Part shown: positions 1-21,370 of the stretch, piece after piece
Numbering within the stretch: the stretch's first letter is position 1
Layout of the letters: each line of letters begins with the position of its first letter
NCBI GenBank assembly: GCA_012295275.1
Contig: CM022675.1
Span: forward strand, 10,106,001 to 10,170,000
DNA: 64,000 nucleotides
Source: Chrysomallon squamiferum
Taxonomy: Eukaryota; Animalia; Mollusca
Reading direction: 5' to 3'
Position numbers and translations under genes: made by a program
Notes under the pieces: generated by a model
Database searches by the model: none
What the model saw: the letters and a program-made list of their open reading frames with translations, nothing else
Told to the model about the DNA's origin: nothing

Positions 1-2485
1 CCGAGTCGTGTGAAGATTTGTCTTCTGGAATCTCAGGAAAGCGAACAAGTGATTCTTCTGACGCGTCTGTGAACGACCAGACTTTGTCTGACAGCGGCTT
101 CACAGACTGCTCAGACCCATCGGCCAATGAAAGTCACGAAACTCTGCCCCATCACAGCGGGGAATCGACTGACAAGAGTGACACAGGGGAGGCAACTGAG
201 GAGGATGATCTTCCCTTGGTAGACTTGAAGAGAAAAGCGAAAAAGAGGTTGTACCCGGAAGAAAGGGATGTTGAAATGGATGGCTTGGAAAGTAAGTGGG
301 AATTGGTAACTAGTTGCCTGTAAGTTGTTTCTTGCGGCTCTTTCTAACTTAATTGTTTTTTAAATACTTTTATTCAGGAATAAAAGAAACTTGTGTTGTT
401 GTGTCTGTTAGAACAGATGATTAAATTTTAGAAAGTCATAAACATACACACACATTGTTCTTTATAGTGCATACACTTGTATTTCAAGAAAAACATTTTT
501 GTAAATTTAGTTTGTTTTGTATGTGAATATATATTTTGAAGTTACAAATAAAAGTTATTCTGAAGAGTTAAATGCATAAGTAGTAGTGTAATTTTTATTT
601 TATTTTTTAAATGTATTTAGAGACCATATTAATAAAAGTTTAAATCTTTCTCTCTTTTTTTTTCTCTCTTTTTTTTTAAAACAGATAAAAAATAAATCTT
701 TTCATTATGGGGAAATGTTGCTTGATTTTTATCACCATTGAAACTCTTTGGTTATTTCTAAAAGCATATCTGGTATGTTTAAGCCCCTGGTATGTACAAA
801 TGATTAATTATAACATTTGATATCTTTAAAGGCTATTAGAAATAATCATTAGAAAATGATCAAGTTATTGTTTTTTTTTTTTGTTTTTTTGTATTGTTAA
901 AAAAAAAAATTTGAATTAATTAATTTATTTTTTAAACAGAGATATATTGATGATGTGGGAAAGAGGGGGGGGAGAAAAAAAAAAAAAAAAAACATATCTA
1001 AGTTTCATTACCCCAGTTTCCAATGCTGAAAAAATATTGTTAATGTCTTGCCATACTTAGTTATTAGTAAATATTTTGTATGTAAAACAATTTAATAACT
1101 TGAAGCCACAAATATAGAACTTACATATGTATCATTGTATGTATATATATATATACATATCACCAATGATTTATTTATTTTATTAATTTATTTGTAAAAT
1201 TACGTTTATAACATTTAGCTCTTCCAGTAAACACTTCATTAGTTGAAGACAAATTTATTAATTTACTCATTTACTTATAAAGATATTTATAAAACATTTG
1301 TCTCTTCCTTTCAGCAATTTGTTTTTTTTAAATGTTTTTAATTAATTTATTTTATTTTTTCCTTTGATTGACTGATTTATCTTTTTACTTACTTATTATT
1401 TTTCCTTATTATTATTATTTTTTTAATCTTTTTTTTTTTCAGTTTTGGTTTAGTTTTGTTTTGTTTCATTTAATTATTTATTTATTTATTTTTTTTTTTT
1501 TTTTTTTTTTCATTTTATTTCATTTACTGCTTTTCCAGATCTTGATGACTACTCTATGGACCACATTGAGTGTAATTCGATGCAGGACGTGCCAAGAACG
1601 GGAGATCTTGTGTGGGGACAGATTCGGGGCTTTCCTCTGTGGCCAGGAAAACTGGTACCAGAAGAAGCAGCTGCCAATGTAGACCTGGGTCCTGACTATG
1701 GGGAAGGAATCGCAACAGTGAGTTCATATTGTAATAATAATTTTAAAAAGAAGAAAATACACTTACTACTCTATAACAGTGGTTTACAAACCCATTTGAC
1801 AGTCATGAGCGTATTCCTCATGTTTTTGTGGGACATCTGAACGAAAATGCAAAATTATAATTTATATTTTGTCCCATTAGAAACTTATTGAAATTCATTT
1901 TGCATCAGTTAGGAATAAAATTAGTTTGATAAAGCTGTATAATAGTATAAATAATTGTACTATATCGGTATTGTTGATTATTAACACTGTATGTATCCAC
2001 CGATACCTAGGGTTAGAGCCTAACATGTTTGGGAAACCACTGCTGTATAAATATTAAGTTACATTTCAAAAAGGTTTTAAAAGTTAACAAACAATAGCTT
2101 GCGTCAGTCAAAGAAGTAATGGAATATTCTTCAAATTAGCTTTCCAAAGACATCTTCTTCATCAACATTAGCTCCCTGGTCAACAAGTTACCAGGATCTG
2201 AAAGGTACCGGTCACATCCATTTTTTTGGTAAAAATAGCAAAATTTGGAGAACCTTTATCTCCAAATCTGTTGGTATAATTGAGCTAATATTTGAGATTT
2301 GGACTAGTTGTGCCAGGACAATGATAGATAACAGTTTCAGTAAAACTGAAGATAATGGAGTTAAACTTGTTGGGTGATTTCATGAGGAAAGCCATGGAGA
2401 AACATTAATGAATAAAAGCATCTAGATACATTATTTAAAAAAAAAAATTGAAATTATATTTTTGTATTAATTATGACTGAAAACA

Positions 2486-2518
<33 letters not shown>

Positions 2519-3547
2519 TTGCATGATTAAAGAAATAGTTTAGATATTATAATTAAAAAAAATAATAATAAAATAAATTAATGAAAAATATTTAGATTAT
2601 TGATTTTATTTTTTTTATTATTATTTTTTTATTTTATTATTTTATGCTTATTTTACTTGTTTTTATTATATTTTCCATTTTTTTTTATGACATTATATTT
2701 TTTATTTTATTTATTTTATTTTATTATTTTTTGTTTTTTATTGTTTTTGGATTTTTAAATGTTAAATATATTTTTTCATTATTATTATTTTTGTTCATAC
2801 CCAAATGAAGTCAAATCAATCACTTTCTCACTTTGGGCATCAAATTCCTACGAAACTGTAAAATACATACATGGTGGTCTACACTGTTTTTAAATTATTA
2901 TTATTATTATTTTTATTATTTGATTTTATTATTTTACTATTTTATTTTATGTTAGTTTAGTGTGCGAGTTTTGTTTTAATTATTTTTGTATTTTCTTTTA
3001 GTTTAGAATTTTACTTTTTTATTATTTGATTTTTTTAAAGTAATTTTTTATATCCAGTTTGCTTCAGAAATGTGTAACAAATATTTACATGATTTTATTA
3101 AAACATTTTTTATCTTGATTTCATAAAGATTAATCTTTCATTTTATCATAATGGAATATTTTAATGATTTTTTTTTCCCCATTTTTTATTTATATATACA
3201 ATTTGGAGATCAAATTTTACCTGTATTAATTAATATAACATTCTTACCTTTCATCAGAATAAATATTTAATTTTTTATTTGACAGTTATTTTATCGTATT
3301 ACAAATTAACATGGATTGTAGAAATATTATTACTTCCATTGTGTAGCTGATTTTCAAAATATACTTTTATTATTTTGCTTGTATTTTTCTTTATTTTGTT
3401 TCATTCATCATGCAGATTTATTATTTTCATTGATATGCTTATTATTATTTTTTATATATGCATAATTTCAATATCTAATTTTATTTTTATTTTTTTATTT
3501 TTTTTGTTGATACATATATATATATATTTTAATTTAAACAAAAATGC

Positions 3548-3582
<35 letters not shown>

Positions 3583-3812
3583 TTTGTTTGTTTGTTTGCT
3601 GTCAGGTTATAGTGATGTGGTATGGAGATCACACATTTACTCGAGTAGAACCTGAAAGACTGAAATCTTGGAGAGAAGGTCTTATTGCTCATCATAAAAC
3701 ACGACGTAGACGAAAGTAAGTAAATATCTGTGTGTGTGTGTGGCTGTGTGAGAGAGAGAGAGAGAGAGAGAGAAATCTTGGAGAGAGCTCATCATAAAAG
3801 AGAGAGAGAGAG

Positions 3813-3852
<40 letters not shown>

Positions 3853-3911
3853 TTGGAGAGAAGGTCTTATTGCTCATCATAAAAAACGACGTAGACGAAA
3901 GTAAGTAAATA

Positions 3912-3946
<35 letters not shown>

Positions 3947-4009
3947 AATCTTGGAGAGAAGGTCTTATTGCTCATCATAAAAAACGACGTAGACAAAAGT
4001 AAGTAAATA

Positions 4010-4051
<42 letters not shown>

Positions 4052-4460
4052 TGTGATAAAGAGATGTAATATAGATGGATAAAATCATCCAACAGGTTTG
4101 ATTCCACTTTCAGTTTGACACAAAATACTTTTTCACATAAATAACTTATAACATTTAAAAAAAATAAAAATAATAAAAAACAGTCTTATTAGGTTATTTT
4201 AACAGAATTGAGTGATTTCACATAATAACTTCTTTTAATATTTAACAAACATCCTTTGAGTTACTTCATAGAGGTAGAAAATAATGAACGCCATTAAACT
4301 ATTTAGCTATTGTTTTTTTTTTTTTTATTATTGTAGGGGTAGAAAAATGAACTCAAACTTGGAAGCTGCCATTCAGGAAGCCATGAAGGATGTTTCAGTG
4401 GACTGTATGCCAGTGTTCCGCACATGGAGGGGTAGATCAAACAAGAAAAAGAAAACATAA
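1..4460 (+). CDS. MBD5: MBD5-like protein (MBD5/MBD6 family), last four coding exons with C-terminal PWWP domain; 5' part lies outside the window
   Basis: Exons <1-291, 1539-1717, 3606-3715, 4337-4460 (TAA) join in frame with GT-AG sites (phases 1,0,2). Spliced peptide GDLVWGQIRGFPLWPGKLV...VIVMWYGDHTFTRVEPERLKSWREGLIAHHKTRRRRKGRKMNSNLEAAIQEAM closely resembles the vertebrate MBD5 C-terminus as I recall it (GDLVWGQIKG..SWPGKLV...VEPEKLKTL.EGL...KLNNHLEAAIHEAM). Confidence 0.88.
1777..2042. mobile_element. Non-autonomous hAT/Charlie-type MITE in an MBD5 intron
   Basis: Left end CAGTGGTTTACAAAC and right end GTTTGGGAAACCACTG form near-perfect TIRs. Flanking 8-bp direct repeats CTCTATAA / CTGTATAA match at 7 of 8 positions, the hAT TSD length. 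Confidence 0.75.
3772..4047 (+). repeat. Tandem copies of the 3' half of the MBD5 exon 3606-3715 plus its splice donor, separated by (GT)n/(AG)n
   Basis: GAAATCTTGGAGAGAAGGTCTTATTGCTCATCATAAAA.ACGACGTAGAC.AAAGTAAGTAAATATCTGTG recurs at about 3847 and 3945. An internally deleted copy lies at about 3772. Confidence 0.9.
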
Positions 4461-6168
4461 TATTATTTATGACATTTCTACTTGGTGTTTGTTTGTTCAT
4501 TTGTTTGTTTGTTGTGTTTTCAAGTGTCGAGATCGTTTTTACTTTGACACATTTTGACGTTTTCATTTCCTTCTTATTTTTTTCTTATTTCTTAACAGAC
4601 TTTTGATGCTTGTGTTATTTCCATATCACAGAATTATTTTTTTAATTGTTTCAAAGAAAAAACAGAAGTGTTTGATAAACAGTATTTCATGTTAATAAAG
4701 AAAAACAAAATAATGGTTTATGATGTTTAGTACAGTTTACTCATACCAAGATGAACATGAATTTCAAACAGTATTTTTCAGTTCCAATAAAAACAGTAAT
4801 ATTCAGTATATGCATGTGAGTATCGTAATGAAATTTTACGTGCTGTAAGAAATTCACAGACTGAGAAAAATGGCGATAATCATCTTATTCTTCTCCTAGT
4901 CTGAGGTAAAAAATCTCCAGATTAAACACAGATAAATGGAAAATCCATAGAAGCTATAATGTAAAACTAACATTTGAATGGTAAAAAAGGGAAATAAAAA
5001 CTGTAAAATGCTGATCGTGGATTCTATATGAGAAGGTGAAAGATTGGATTTTTTTTTTTGTAATTTGACTAAAGGCCCTGGGATTCCTTTCTCTTTCTCT
5101 CTGTCTCTCTGTCTGTCTGTCTGTCTGTCTCTGTTTCCGTCTCTCTCTCTCAAACTGAAATATTTGCCAAAGCTTAATCAGTTTACAGGTTAAAAATTGT
5201 AGATTTGTTTTAGAGAGAATTAATTTTTTTTTTTTTTACAAAGAATATTTTGTTGTTGAAACATTTTACTTATTTAGCATACAAACATATTATGCCATTT
5301 CTGTTTTTCTTACTTTTTTTTAACTTCATTAAGTTTTCATTCTTTAAAGACAATAGATACATCATTTTGATGAACTTTGTTTATTCACTGGAATGAAAAT
5401 GTTTGTTATGCTAAACTACATATACTCATTATTTGAATGTTTTTGCAATACATTTAGATGCATTTATTTTTGCCTGCAAGAGGAAGTCGTTTGTATGTTA
5501 ATGGCTGTTTGTTTTTGGTTGGATTTATTTTGTGTTCAGTACTAAAAAAAAAAAAAAATACATTACAGTAAATAGTTTCACAAAGTGTAGAGGCCAAAAA
5601 AAAAAAAAAAAAAAAATTAATAATGTTCGAAAGCTTTTTGGAAAACTTGAAACATTATTATAATTATTTATTACTATTATTTAGTTGTTTTTTTGTGTTG
5701 ATTTTTGTTACGTTTATGATGAAATATCTCACGTTTATGTTACTAAAATTTTGTTAATTAAAACAACAAATTCTTATTATAAAACTAATTATTGCTAAGC
5801 ATATAATTACAATTTTTTATTTATTTATTTTTAAGTACTTTAATCTACATTAAGTGAAACCACAGATGCGCACTAGTATATATATATATACAAATTCAAG
5901 AGAAGATGATTATATAATACCAAATAAATAATAATATAAGATTTATATCCTAGGACTTAGGAAGTATTGTTTTTTTTGTGTGTGTGTTCTGTTCATATCC
6001 TGTTGTTTTGACTATGTGATAATATAATGTGAAAAAAAAAACAAGCATAATATGTTGTGAAATTTTTTTTATTATTTAAAAAAAAAGAAAAAAAAAACAA
6101 AAAAAGTGAAAAAACAATTTGAAAAATATATCATGTGCTGCCATTTTCCTAGTTTTCTGTTGTGAACA

Positions 6169-6204
<36 letters not shown>

Positions 6205-8131
6205 CAATTAATATTTTCATTCATAAATCATGTTTCTAATTAAGAAGTCTTAAATTGTTTTCTCAGCTGTAACATGCATCTTGTTGTTTGCATATAGATT
6301 CACTCACTCAATATGCATCCTGGTTCTTTGGTTCTGTGATAACATTGCTTGAAGATCATCATTTTGTAGTTTTCTGCAGTTCTGACAGAATTGATTTGAT
6401 GTAAAAATAAATACTCTTCCCAGATCCACCATATACATAATGATGTTTAGCTTTGGAGAAGTCAAATACTGGCATTAATAATTATTTTTCTTTCAGTCTT
6501 ATTATTTTTTTTTTTTGAAATTTTTTAGTTATAATGTTAGGTTTCCAAAAACAGTAAAAAAAAAAACATAAAAAAATTAAATCACAGAGCTGTTGATATG
6601 CCTGTAAAAAAAAAAAAATTTAAAATTAAAAATAAAAAAAATATATAAGAAGAGAAAAACTATCAAAACTCAGATTTAACAAACAAAGGATAATAATATT
6701 GATACACTTTTCAATACACCGTTAATTTTTAAAATGACAATACTGCTTAATGTTGAATAAATTGAATAGAAATAGTTAATAAAAAAAAAGTATATTTCTA
6801 ATAATGTCTTTTAAAAAACTAAAACCTTTGACATTCAGTATTATTAGTAATTTTATGTTATTAAGCAAACCTTTGTAATATTTTGTTATTAAGCTCTGCA
6901 TTCATTAAACTATTACGAGTGGCATTTCATGATGGTTTTTTCAAAAGAGTTTTTTTTAAATGTTTTAATTTGTACATAATATAGTTATGATGATTATTTA
7001 TATATTCGTATATTTTCCATAGATTAAAGTGCTTTTTTTGTGATATTATGAATGTATATTGTTAATGTTTTATTTAGGTCAATCTTAATGAATATTTTCA
7101 ATGATTTTTAACACTATTAATATTAAAATTATTACTAAATTATTTGATTACATTAGTATTATTATTATAACTCTTATTATTTTTATTATTGTTGTTACTA
7201 TTATTATTATTATTATTTCTATTATTACTATAATTAATATATGAAAGTGAGAAAATGTTTCATATCAATTTATGCACAAAAAACCCAAACAGAAAACCAT
7301 ACCAAAAAAAACAAAAAAAACCCCACAAAAAAACATCAATAACAACAAAAAAAAACAAATCTTAATGTAACAAACATAAAAATAAAGAACATTTTTATTA
7401 TAAAAGATTTCAGTGAAACAGCTGTGTTTTTACAAATGGGTCTTGACAAACTGTACAAATTATTATTATTATTATTATTTATATTTTGTTGGATGCATAT
7501 TAATTGCAAAAACTTTTACCACAACTTTTCATATTGCCATGTTTGAATAGCTAATAATGGGAAATATTCTTAATAATATTGTTCAGCACTGGAAATTACA
7601 ATAAAATGAAAGTAAATTTTTATATTAATTATTTATTTATTTTTATTATTATTTTTTTTTTAATTTGTTTTGTTTAAAGATTGTAGATCGTTATGTCATT
7701 GTTTGTATTATTTTTTTAGTTATAATTTCCATCAGCCTTCAGTTTGTAGAATACATCAATTATTTAAAATTTTAAAAATTTTGTCTCATTTGAAAAAAAA
7801 AAACAATGAAAAAACAATAAAATTACAGCACAAGAAAAAAAAGGTTATTGCAATAATTATGTGTATATGTATATATTTTTTTCATATATATATATATATA
7901 TTTTTAAGTATAAAATAAAGAATATGTAGTGAAAAGGCATTTGTGTTTGAAATGCATATTTTTGAAAATAGATAAAAAAAAAAAATAATGGAAATTAGAG
8001 AAGTGTATACAGAATTCAAATTATTTGTATGTTTGTTGTTAGCAATGAATAATAAATGCATTTGCAGAACTATACCAGTGTAAGCAATGTATTCGTATAT
8101 ATTATTACTATTAATATTTTTAAAAAAGCAA

Positions 8132-8164
<33 letters not shown>

Positions 8165-8460
8165 AAAAAGACAGGAAAACAAAAAAAAAAAAAAAAAAAA
8201 ATCTTTTGCATAGTGTTTCCTCATTGTTTTGTTTCAAATCTTGTTTGACAATCTTTTTTGTTTTTGTTTTTGTTTTATTAATTTTATATTTTATGTACAT
8301 TGTACATAAGTAATCCTTATATATATATATATATAAATATATAAAATGAATGTTAGTTAAATGTTTTTATTGTTAATTATTTTTGTTAATTTGTTTGAAA
8401 ATGCTCTGTGTTTTTATAGGTTTCTTTCTGTTGTGTTTTTGTACTTTGTTAATCCTGAGT

Positions 8461-8505
<45 letters not shown>

Positions 8506-8909
8506 TTATTTATTTAAAGAGGAAGAAACAAATCACAAAAAGGTAAACGAGATTTCATTGATTCTAAAATGTTTATACACACATACACATTTTTTTCTTT
8601 TAAATAACTAACATTAATTATCACTGTCTTTTAAGCATTCTTCATGTTTTTATGATTTGTTATGATATATATATTTTTTTAATTAATTTATTATCAGTTT
8701 TTGCCATTGTATTTAATAGTTAATAGTATTTAAATATTTTTAAAATTTCATACAAATGGTTGAATGATTCTTACTATTTCCATTCAGATTTTAAAACATT
8801 TTTACAACAGTTTTACTGCGTATTTTAAAATTCTTAAATCTCTATTATTATTTTATTTACCATCCCTTCTATTGCATAAACTTCAGCGATGAAAGTAAGA
8901 TTATTATTA

Positions 8910-8949
<40 letters not shown>

Positions 8950-9500
8950 CATTATTATTATTATCATTATTTGCTTATTTATTTATTTATTTATTTATCT
9001 TCTTCCTTCTGTTGCATAAACTCCAGTGATGAAAATGTTATTCTTCTTCTTATTATTATTGTTCTTAGTATTATTATTTATTATTATTATTATCTTTTTA
9101 TGCCAAGATTTCCTACACCATCCCTTTTATTGTATAAACTTTTAATTTAAATGGAAAGTTTAATTGTCTTCATTGTACATAAGTGTAGAAAATTTACTAC
9201 AATTAAAACATTGTTTTGTGAAAATATTTTCAAAACTGTACTAATACTTATGGAATGAACTTTGTTGTGTAAATATCTATTGTCTTATGTATAAATAATA
9301 ATAAATAAATAAAAAGAATGAAAAAAAAAAAAAAGGAAAAAAAAAAGAAAGACATAAAAGCACATGCCATGTAAAACGTGGGTCTAAATTAATCCAATGT
9401 GTTCTCTCTACAAGTGCTAAAAGCACAACTCCTGCGTACTGTACATAACTAATGTAAAAATAACCTTGTGTATGGATGTGATACTGTTACTATATTATTA

Positions 9501-9533
<33 letters not shown>

Positions 9534-9699
9534 GTTTCAATATGTCATATAGTGCTGTAGTCTCATTGTGTGTTATTATTATTATTATTATATGAGATAT
9601 ATATGAAGAGATCATTTCTCTTAATCTTTTTCTTGTTTGTTGACAGGACTTGCTCTGCAGTAAGTACATAAATAAATAAATAAATAAATAAATAAATAC

Positions 9700-9733
<34 letters not shown>

Positions 9734-10279
9734 GCAGTCCAAGTCTTTAAATAAACCACTGCTAACACTTGTTAGTGCTTAAGAACAGGACATAGATGTA
9801 TTAAAGAAGATATATACTACCAGAAGTTTTTCTTGTTCTTTTGTTTTATCGGGTGTCATTATGCTTGCAGGGAGAAGTCAGGGGGCAGAGGTTATAGCAG
9901 TTTTTGTTTCAAGAAGTGACAAGAACCAAAATTATTTCATTACAGTGTTGGAGAAATATTTTGAATATATATATGTCGTGATCAGTTTTTTAAAATTGTT
10001 ATTTATTTATTGACTTATTTTATTTTATTTTATTTTATTTATTATTCTTTTCTTCTATATCTTCTTCTTTGACTTTCTTTATCTTCCTCTTCTTCATCTT
10101 TCTTCATTCATTAAACAGGTGTAGGTCATTTGTCAGAACAGTTGCTCTTGGAATAGTAAAATGGACTTTGGGAAATATATGGAGTATACATAATTGTTTT
10201 TTTATTTTTTTTTTCTTGATTTCATTCTTCTCTTCCCTTCATCTTTTCAAAAACTATAGGTCAAAGGTTATGGCAGCTG

Positions 10280-10319
<40 letters not shown>

Positions 10320-10488
10320 ACAGACCTATATACAAATTTTAAAACAAAAAAAGATATTCTTTTATTTATTATTATTATTATTAATATTATTATTTATTTT
10401 ATTTTATTTTATTTTTATTTTTATTTTTATTTTTATTTTTATTTTTATTTTTATTTTTATTATTTTTTAAAAATGTTTTCGTTAAAAT

Positions 10489-10616
10489 TTCCGGTGATTT
10501 CCGTAAACGAGTAACTTATATAAAACAATTCACTGACGTCATTGATTACTGCGTCAAATTTGGCGAGTCGCCGCAGGCGATAAGACTCCAAAATAGGTGT
10601 CCCTATTGAGGTGAGT
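10489..10616 (+). promoter_or_regulatory. Probable promoter and non-coding first exon of the TAX1BP1/CALCOCO-like gene
   Basis: Local CpG-rich island with ETS-like TTCCGGT (10489), TATATAAAA (10517), CRE TGACGTCA (10534) and a strong donor GAG|GTGAGT at 10611. The next acceptor (12337) precedes the ATG. Confidence 0.55.
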
Positions 10617-11034
10617 ACTTTCAGTCATTGTTTACCTGAACTGTTTATTTCACCTTTTCAAATAATATGGAGAAAACCTTAGAAAAGCTAGTTCAACGAG
10701 TTTTACGCAATAGTTCTATCGACAGGTTAACTGTACTGTACACAGTAATACAAGAATACACCTTCGTAGCCAAAGTTAGAAAAATGCGGAATTATTTAAT
10801 ACCTAATTAACAAATGTGAAGACGTACATAATAAGAAAATAAACTCTAGTTATATTAATCTTCAAATGCTGTTCGTTATGTACAGCTGCTAAAGAAAGAT
10901 ATTAAACAGATAAAAAAATTCAACAGACAGCTAGTATTTTTGAGTTTAGAAAATGATTCGGTAGAAGGTAGTAGTAAAAAAATATTTGCCGGTGATAGAG
11001 TCAATATTTCTCAGTGTTCCACTTGATTTATTTA

Positions 11035-11067
<33 letters not shown>

Positions 11068-11670
11068 CTTTTAACCGGTAACTCAAGTCATCAAAATCTG
11101 TGGTGAGTCCCTACCCCTCTTAGGGCTAGCTAACAAGGGTGGACAACTAGCCATGTTGAATTTGATAGGGGGTACCGGGGACATAATCCAAGTAAAAAAA
11201 TAAAAAAAATAAAAAATAAAAAATAATAATAACAATAAAAAATAATAATTAAATGAAGATGCTTTAAAACGATTTTAACGACTTCTTGACACTGAGAATA
11301 ATATTTGATTGCGATAAAATGATCTATGTAAAAATTTAATGAAGGTTATTTATCTGTGACTATTTACATATTACGGCACACCTATCTAATAGGAATATTA
11401 ATTACGTAGATCTACATACAAAACACATAACTTATGACAACACAAATAAGCATATTTATAAATTTATAAATGTATATATAAAATAATTTGCTAAATATTC
11501 ATTCGTTCGTTGTCTTACCTATTTCTGAGAGATATTACCTCAATCATTTTATAAATCAGTGCTTCTTTCACTTGTAAATGACTAACCAATGAGTGAATGA
11601 AATCGATGGGGTGAATGGAAACAGAAAGACGAAAATTATGAGAAAAAAATATGAGACTTTATGTAAACAA

Positions 11671-11702
<32 letters not shown>

Positions 11703-12286
11703 TTAGCGAGTGAATGAACTTTCTGTATACTCTCGAGGTCATTGGCACTAATAGTTTAAAATAGATATTAGATTTGAACTAAATGAACTGGAGTTTATAC
11801 AATGTGAAACATTTCCGACACGTAGGAAATTACGAAAGCGTAACAGAACATGAATACATTATAATATAAACATTATCGACTGGTTCTCAGCATTAGAATA
11901 ACGATAAACAAATAAATAATATAAAATAAATGTAGTAAAATAATAATTACAAAAAAAAAAAAAAAAAAAAAAATGAGTAAATAAATAAAGTAAAATAATA
12001 AATAGATAAATAAATAATTAAATTTATATATAAAAAATTAATAAAAAATATAATAATTAGAAAGAAAAATAATGTAAAATAATAAACAGATAAATAAATA
12101 GATTAATAAATAATATAGGAGGTGTCAGGCGATTGATTTCGATCTCTGAGAAAACGGATTAAAGTAAATTTTGACAGTGTTTTTAAACCTGCAATAAATA
12201 GCTAGTTAAACGAAAAGTTGTTTACTTTTTTGACAGATGCTTCAGGCAGACTATCAGATCCAGGACTGCACCGTAGTTCTTATATA

Positions 12287-12324
<38 letters not shown>

Positions 12325-12351
12325 GTATTTATTACAGGTCATTTCAACATC

Positions 12352-19181
<6,830 letters not shown>

Positions 19182-20561
19182 AAGGCCATGAACAGGATTT
19201 GTTACCGTACATCCTCGGTAAAATGTTGGACAACGTCATTATTACGTCACAGCTTTTTTTTTTTTTTTTTTTTTTTTCATTTCGTTTTGCGTAATGGCTA
19301 CTGATGTGTATATATTTATCTTGTTTCTTTGATTTATTATTGTTTGTTCATTTACGTTGCATAGATGTTAAGGGTTTTGTATTATTCTTTTCAGTCTCCA
19401 GGTTTTTTTTTTTTATATGTATATTTATTTTTTTTTTTTGTTAGTTGTTAAAGTTTCTTGTTTTAGAGATTTAGTTTTGATTTGAGGTTGTTGTGTTAGT
19501 TGTTTTATTATTATTATTATTATTATATATTTTTTAAAATTATTTTATATGTTGTAATGTATAAAATGAAACAGTTTTATTTTACATTTACAAAATTTAA
19601 ATAATTCGTTATTACTGTTTTCATCTTAAACGGTTCTTATTATCATTTCAGTTAAATATGTTTTAAATATTTCAAATCACGCTGAAATGCGATATAAAAT
19701 ATGAACCGTTGTAATCAATATTTTCTATGTTCAGTTTTGTTATTATATTATTTGTTGTGTATTGTAAATAAATTTTGAATTTGTTGGTGTTTGTAAGTTA
19801 TGTATATATGTACATATCTGATGTGCAGTTAAGACATGACAAAACAGCATTATAATTATAATATGGACTTTGTTTTAATTAAAATAATAGGTTCATGTTT
19901 CTGTTAATAATTAGGATGGTTTATATTTTTAAAAAATATATGTTTTTGTTTCAAAGAAAAATAGTTGTTTCTACTGTTTTGTTAATGCACATTCGAAATA
20001 AATTTTATAAATAATTTATAATAAACATTGGTCTTATTTATTTATTTATTATTAACAGTTGTAGTAGTAGTAGTAGTAGTAGTAGTATAAATAATTTCAA
20101 AAATTTCGAATGTAACATCTAAGGGGAATAACTTCAATAAACCATTTCTTAGAATGATCTCCCTTGACGTACTAAGCAATTTTACTTCGGTGTATGTGCT
20201 TGCCACAAATAATAAATTTGTCAAAAATCTGGCAGTGTGTGCTCCTCGTAAGAAAACATTGTTTTGGTTTAACATTCACGTTTAATATTTTGGTGTTAAA
20301 AGCAATCGCATGCGCAGGAGTATACGTTAGACACAGAAATAGGAATTTAAAAAATAAAACCAACACAAACGACGAACATGAAATAATATTTTATTTAATG
20401 CATTGAATATTATCAAAAATGAAAACATAGTTAAAATATACAAAACTATTAAGTTTAATTACAAAAATCACTTGATAATATGTTTATTATCTACAAGGAG
20501 AATAATTTCCTCGTAGCAAAAGGTTACAAGTTTCGATATAGAATTAGATATAGGCAATATG

Positions 20562-20622
<61 letters not shown>

Positions 20623-21329
20623 ATAAAAAAAAGTAAAAAAAATTTTAAAAAAAAAAAAAAAAATTAAAATAAAAAAACATTAAAATATAAAATAAAATAA
20701 TAATTATTAAAGTTAAACATAAACAAAAAAAAAATAAAATATGAACAGACAAAAAAACAAAAAAAACAAAAAAAAAAAACGAAAAATGGGAGGAAGTCGG
20801 TAAGAAAGAAAGAAAAAAAAAAAATAAATAAAAATAAAAAGAATTTAAATCACACCTATCAGTTTTATTAGAAACATATTTCCTGACAAAAGAGTTATAT
20901 CAAAATTTTATATACATAATTATGCTTTGAGAGATAAGATCATAAAATATACACACTGATATAGGTGACAGTCACAAAATGGTAAATATATTTTGATTGG
21001 TGGATATAATTAGAATCTTCTCTATTCCCTTATTAATAAACTGGAAACGTAGTCCTAAATATTTTAGAAAAAATAATTCAACCAATCAAAATCCTTTTTG
21101 CTTGACCATCATTCTTTATCTTTAATAATGTTGTAGGAAGCGAACAGGGAAGGTTATGACTATAGCTTGTGATATGCGATATTCATGCAGAAAATACATG
21201 CTTTAACAAAATTCTGATGTCTATACCAAGATTTATGAAAGACTTAGCAACAAGATATCTGTAAGATATATTGTTTTTTTCTCCTGTTTTGTCTCACTGT
21301 CTGTTTGTCGACACAGAAGTAGTAATTAC

Positions 21330-21370
<41 letters not shown>

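Noticed and set aside
2095-2400. Possible DNA-transposon fragment; similar doubts for 11075-11190 and 47070-47290
   Set aside because: Repeat-like in character, but no paired TIRs, TSD or second copy could be shown in the window.
4461-10470. Several F/I/L/K-rich ORFs
   Set aside because: Low-complexity AT-rich 3' UTR or intergenic sequence with no splice-consistent coding signal.
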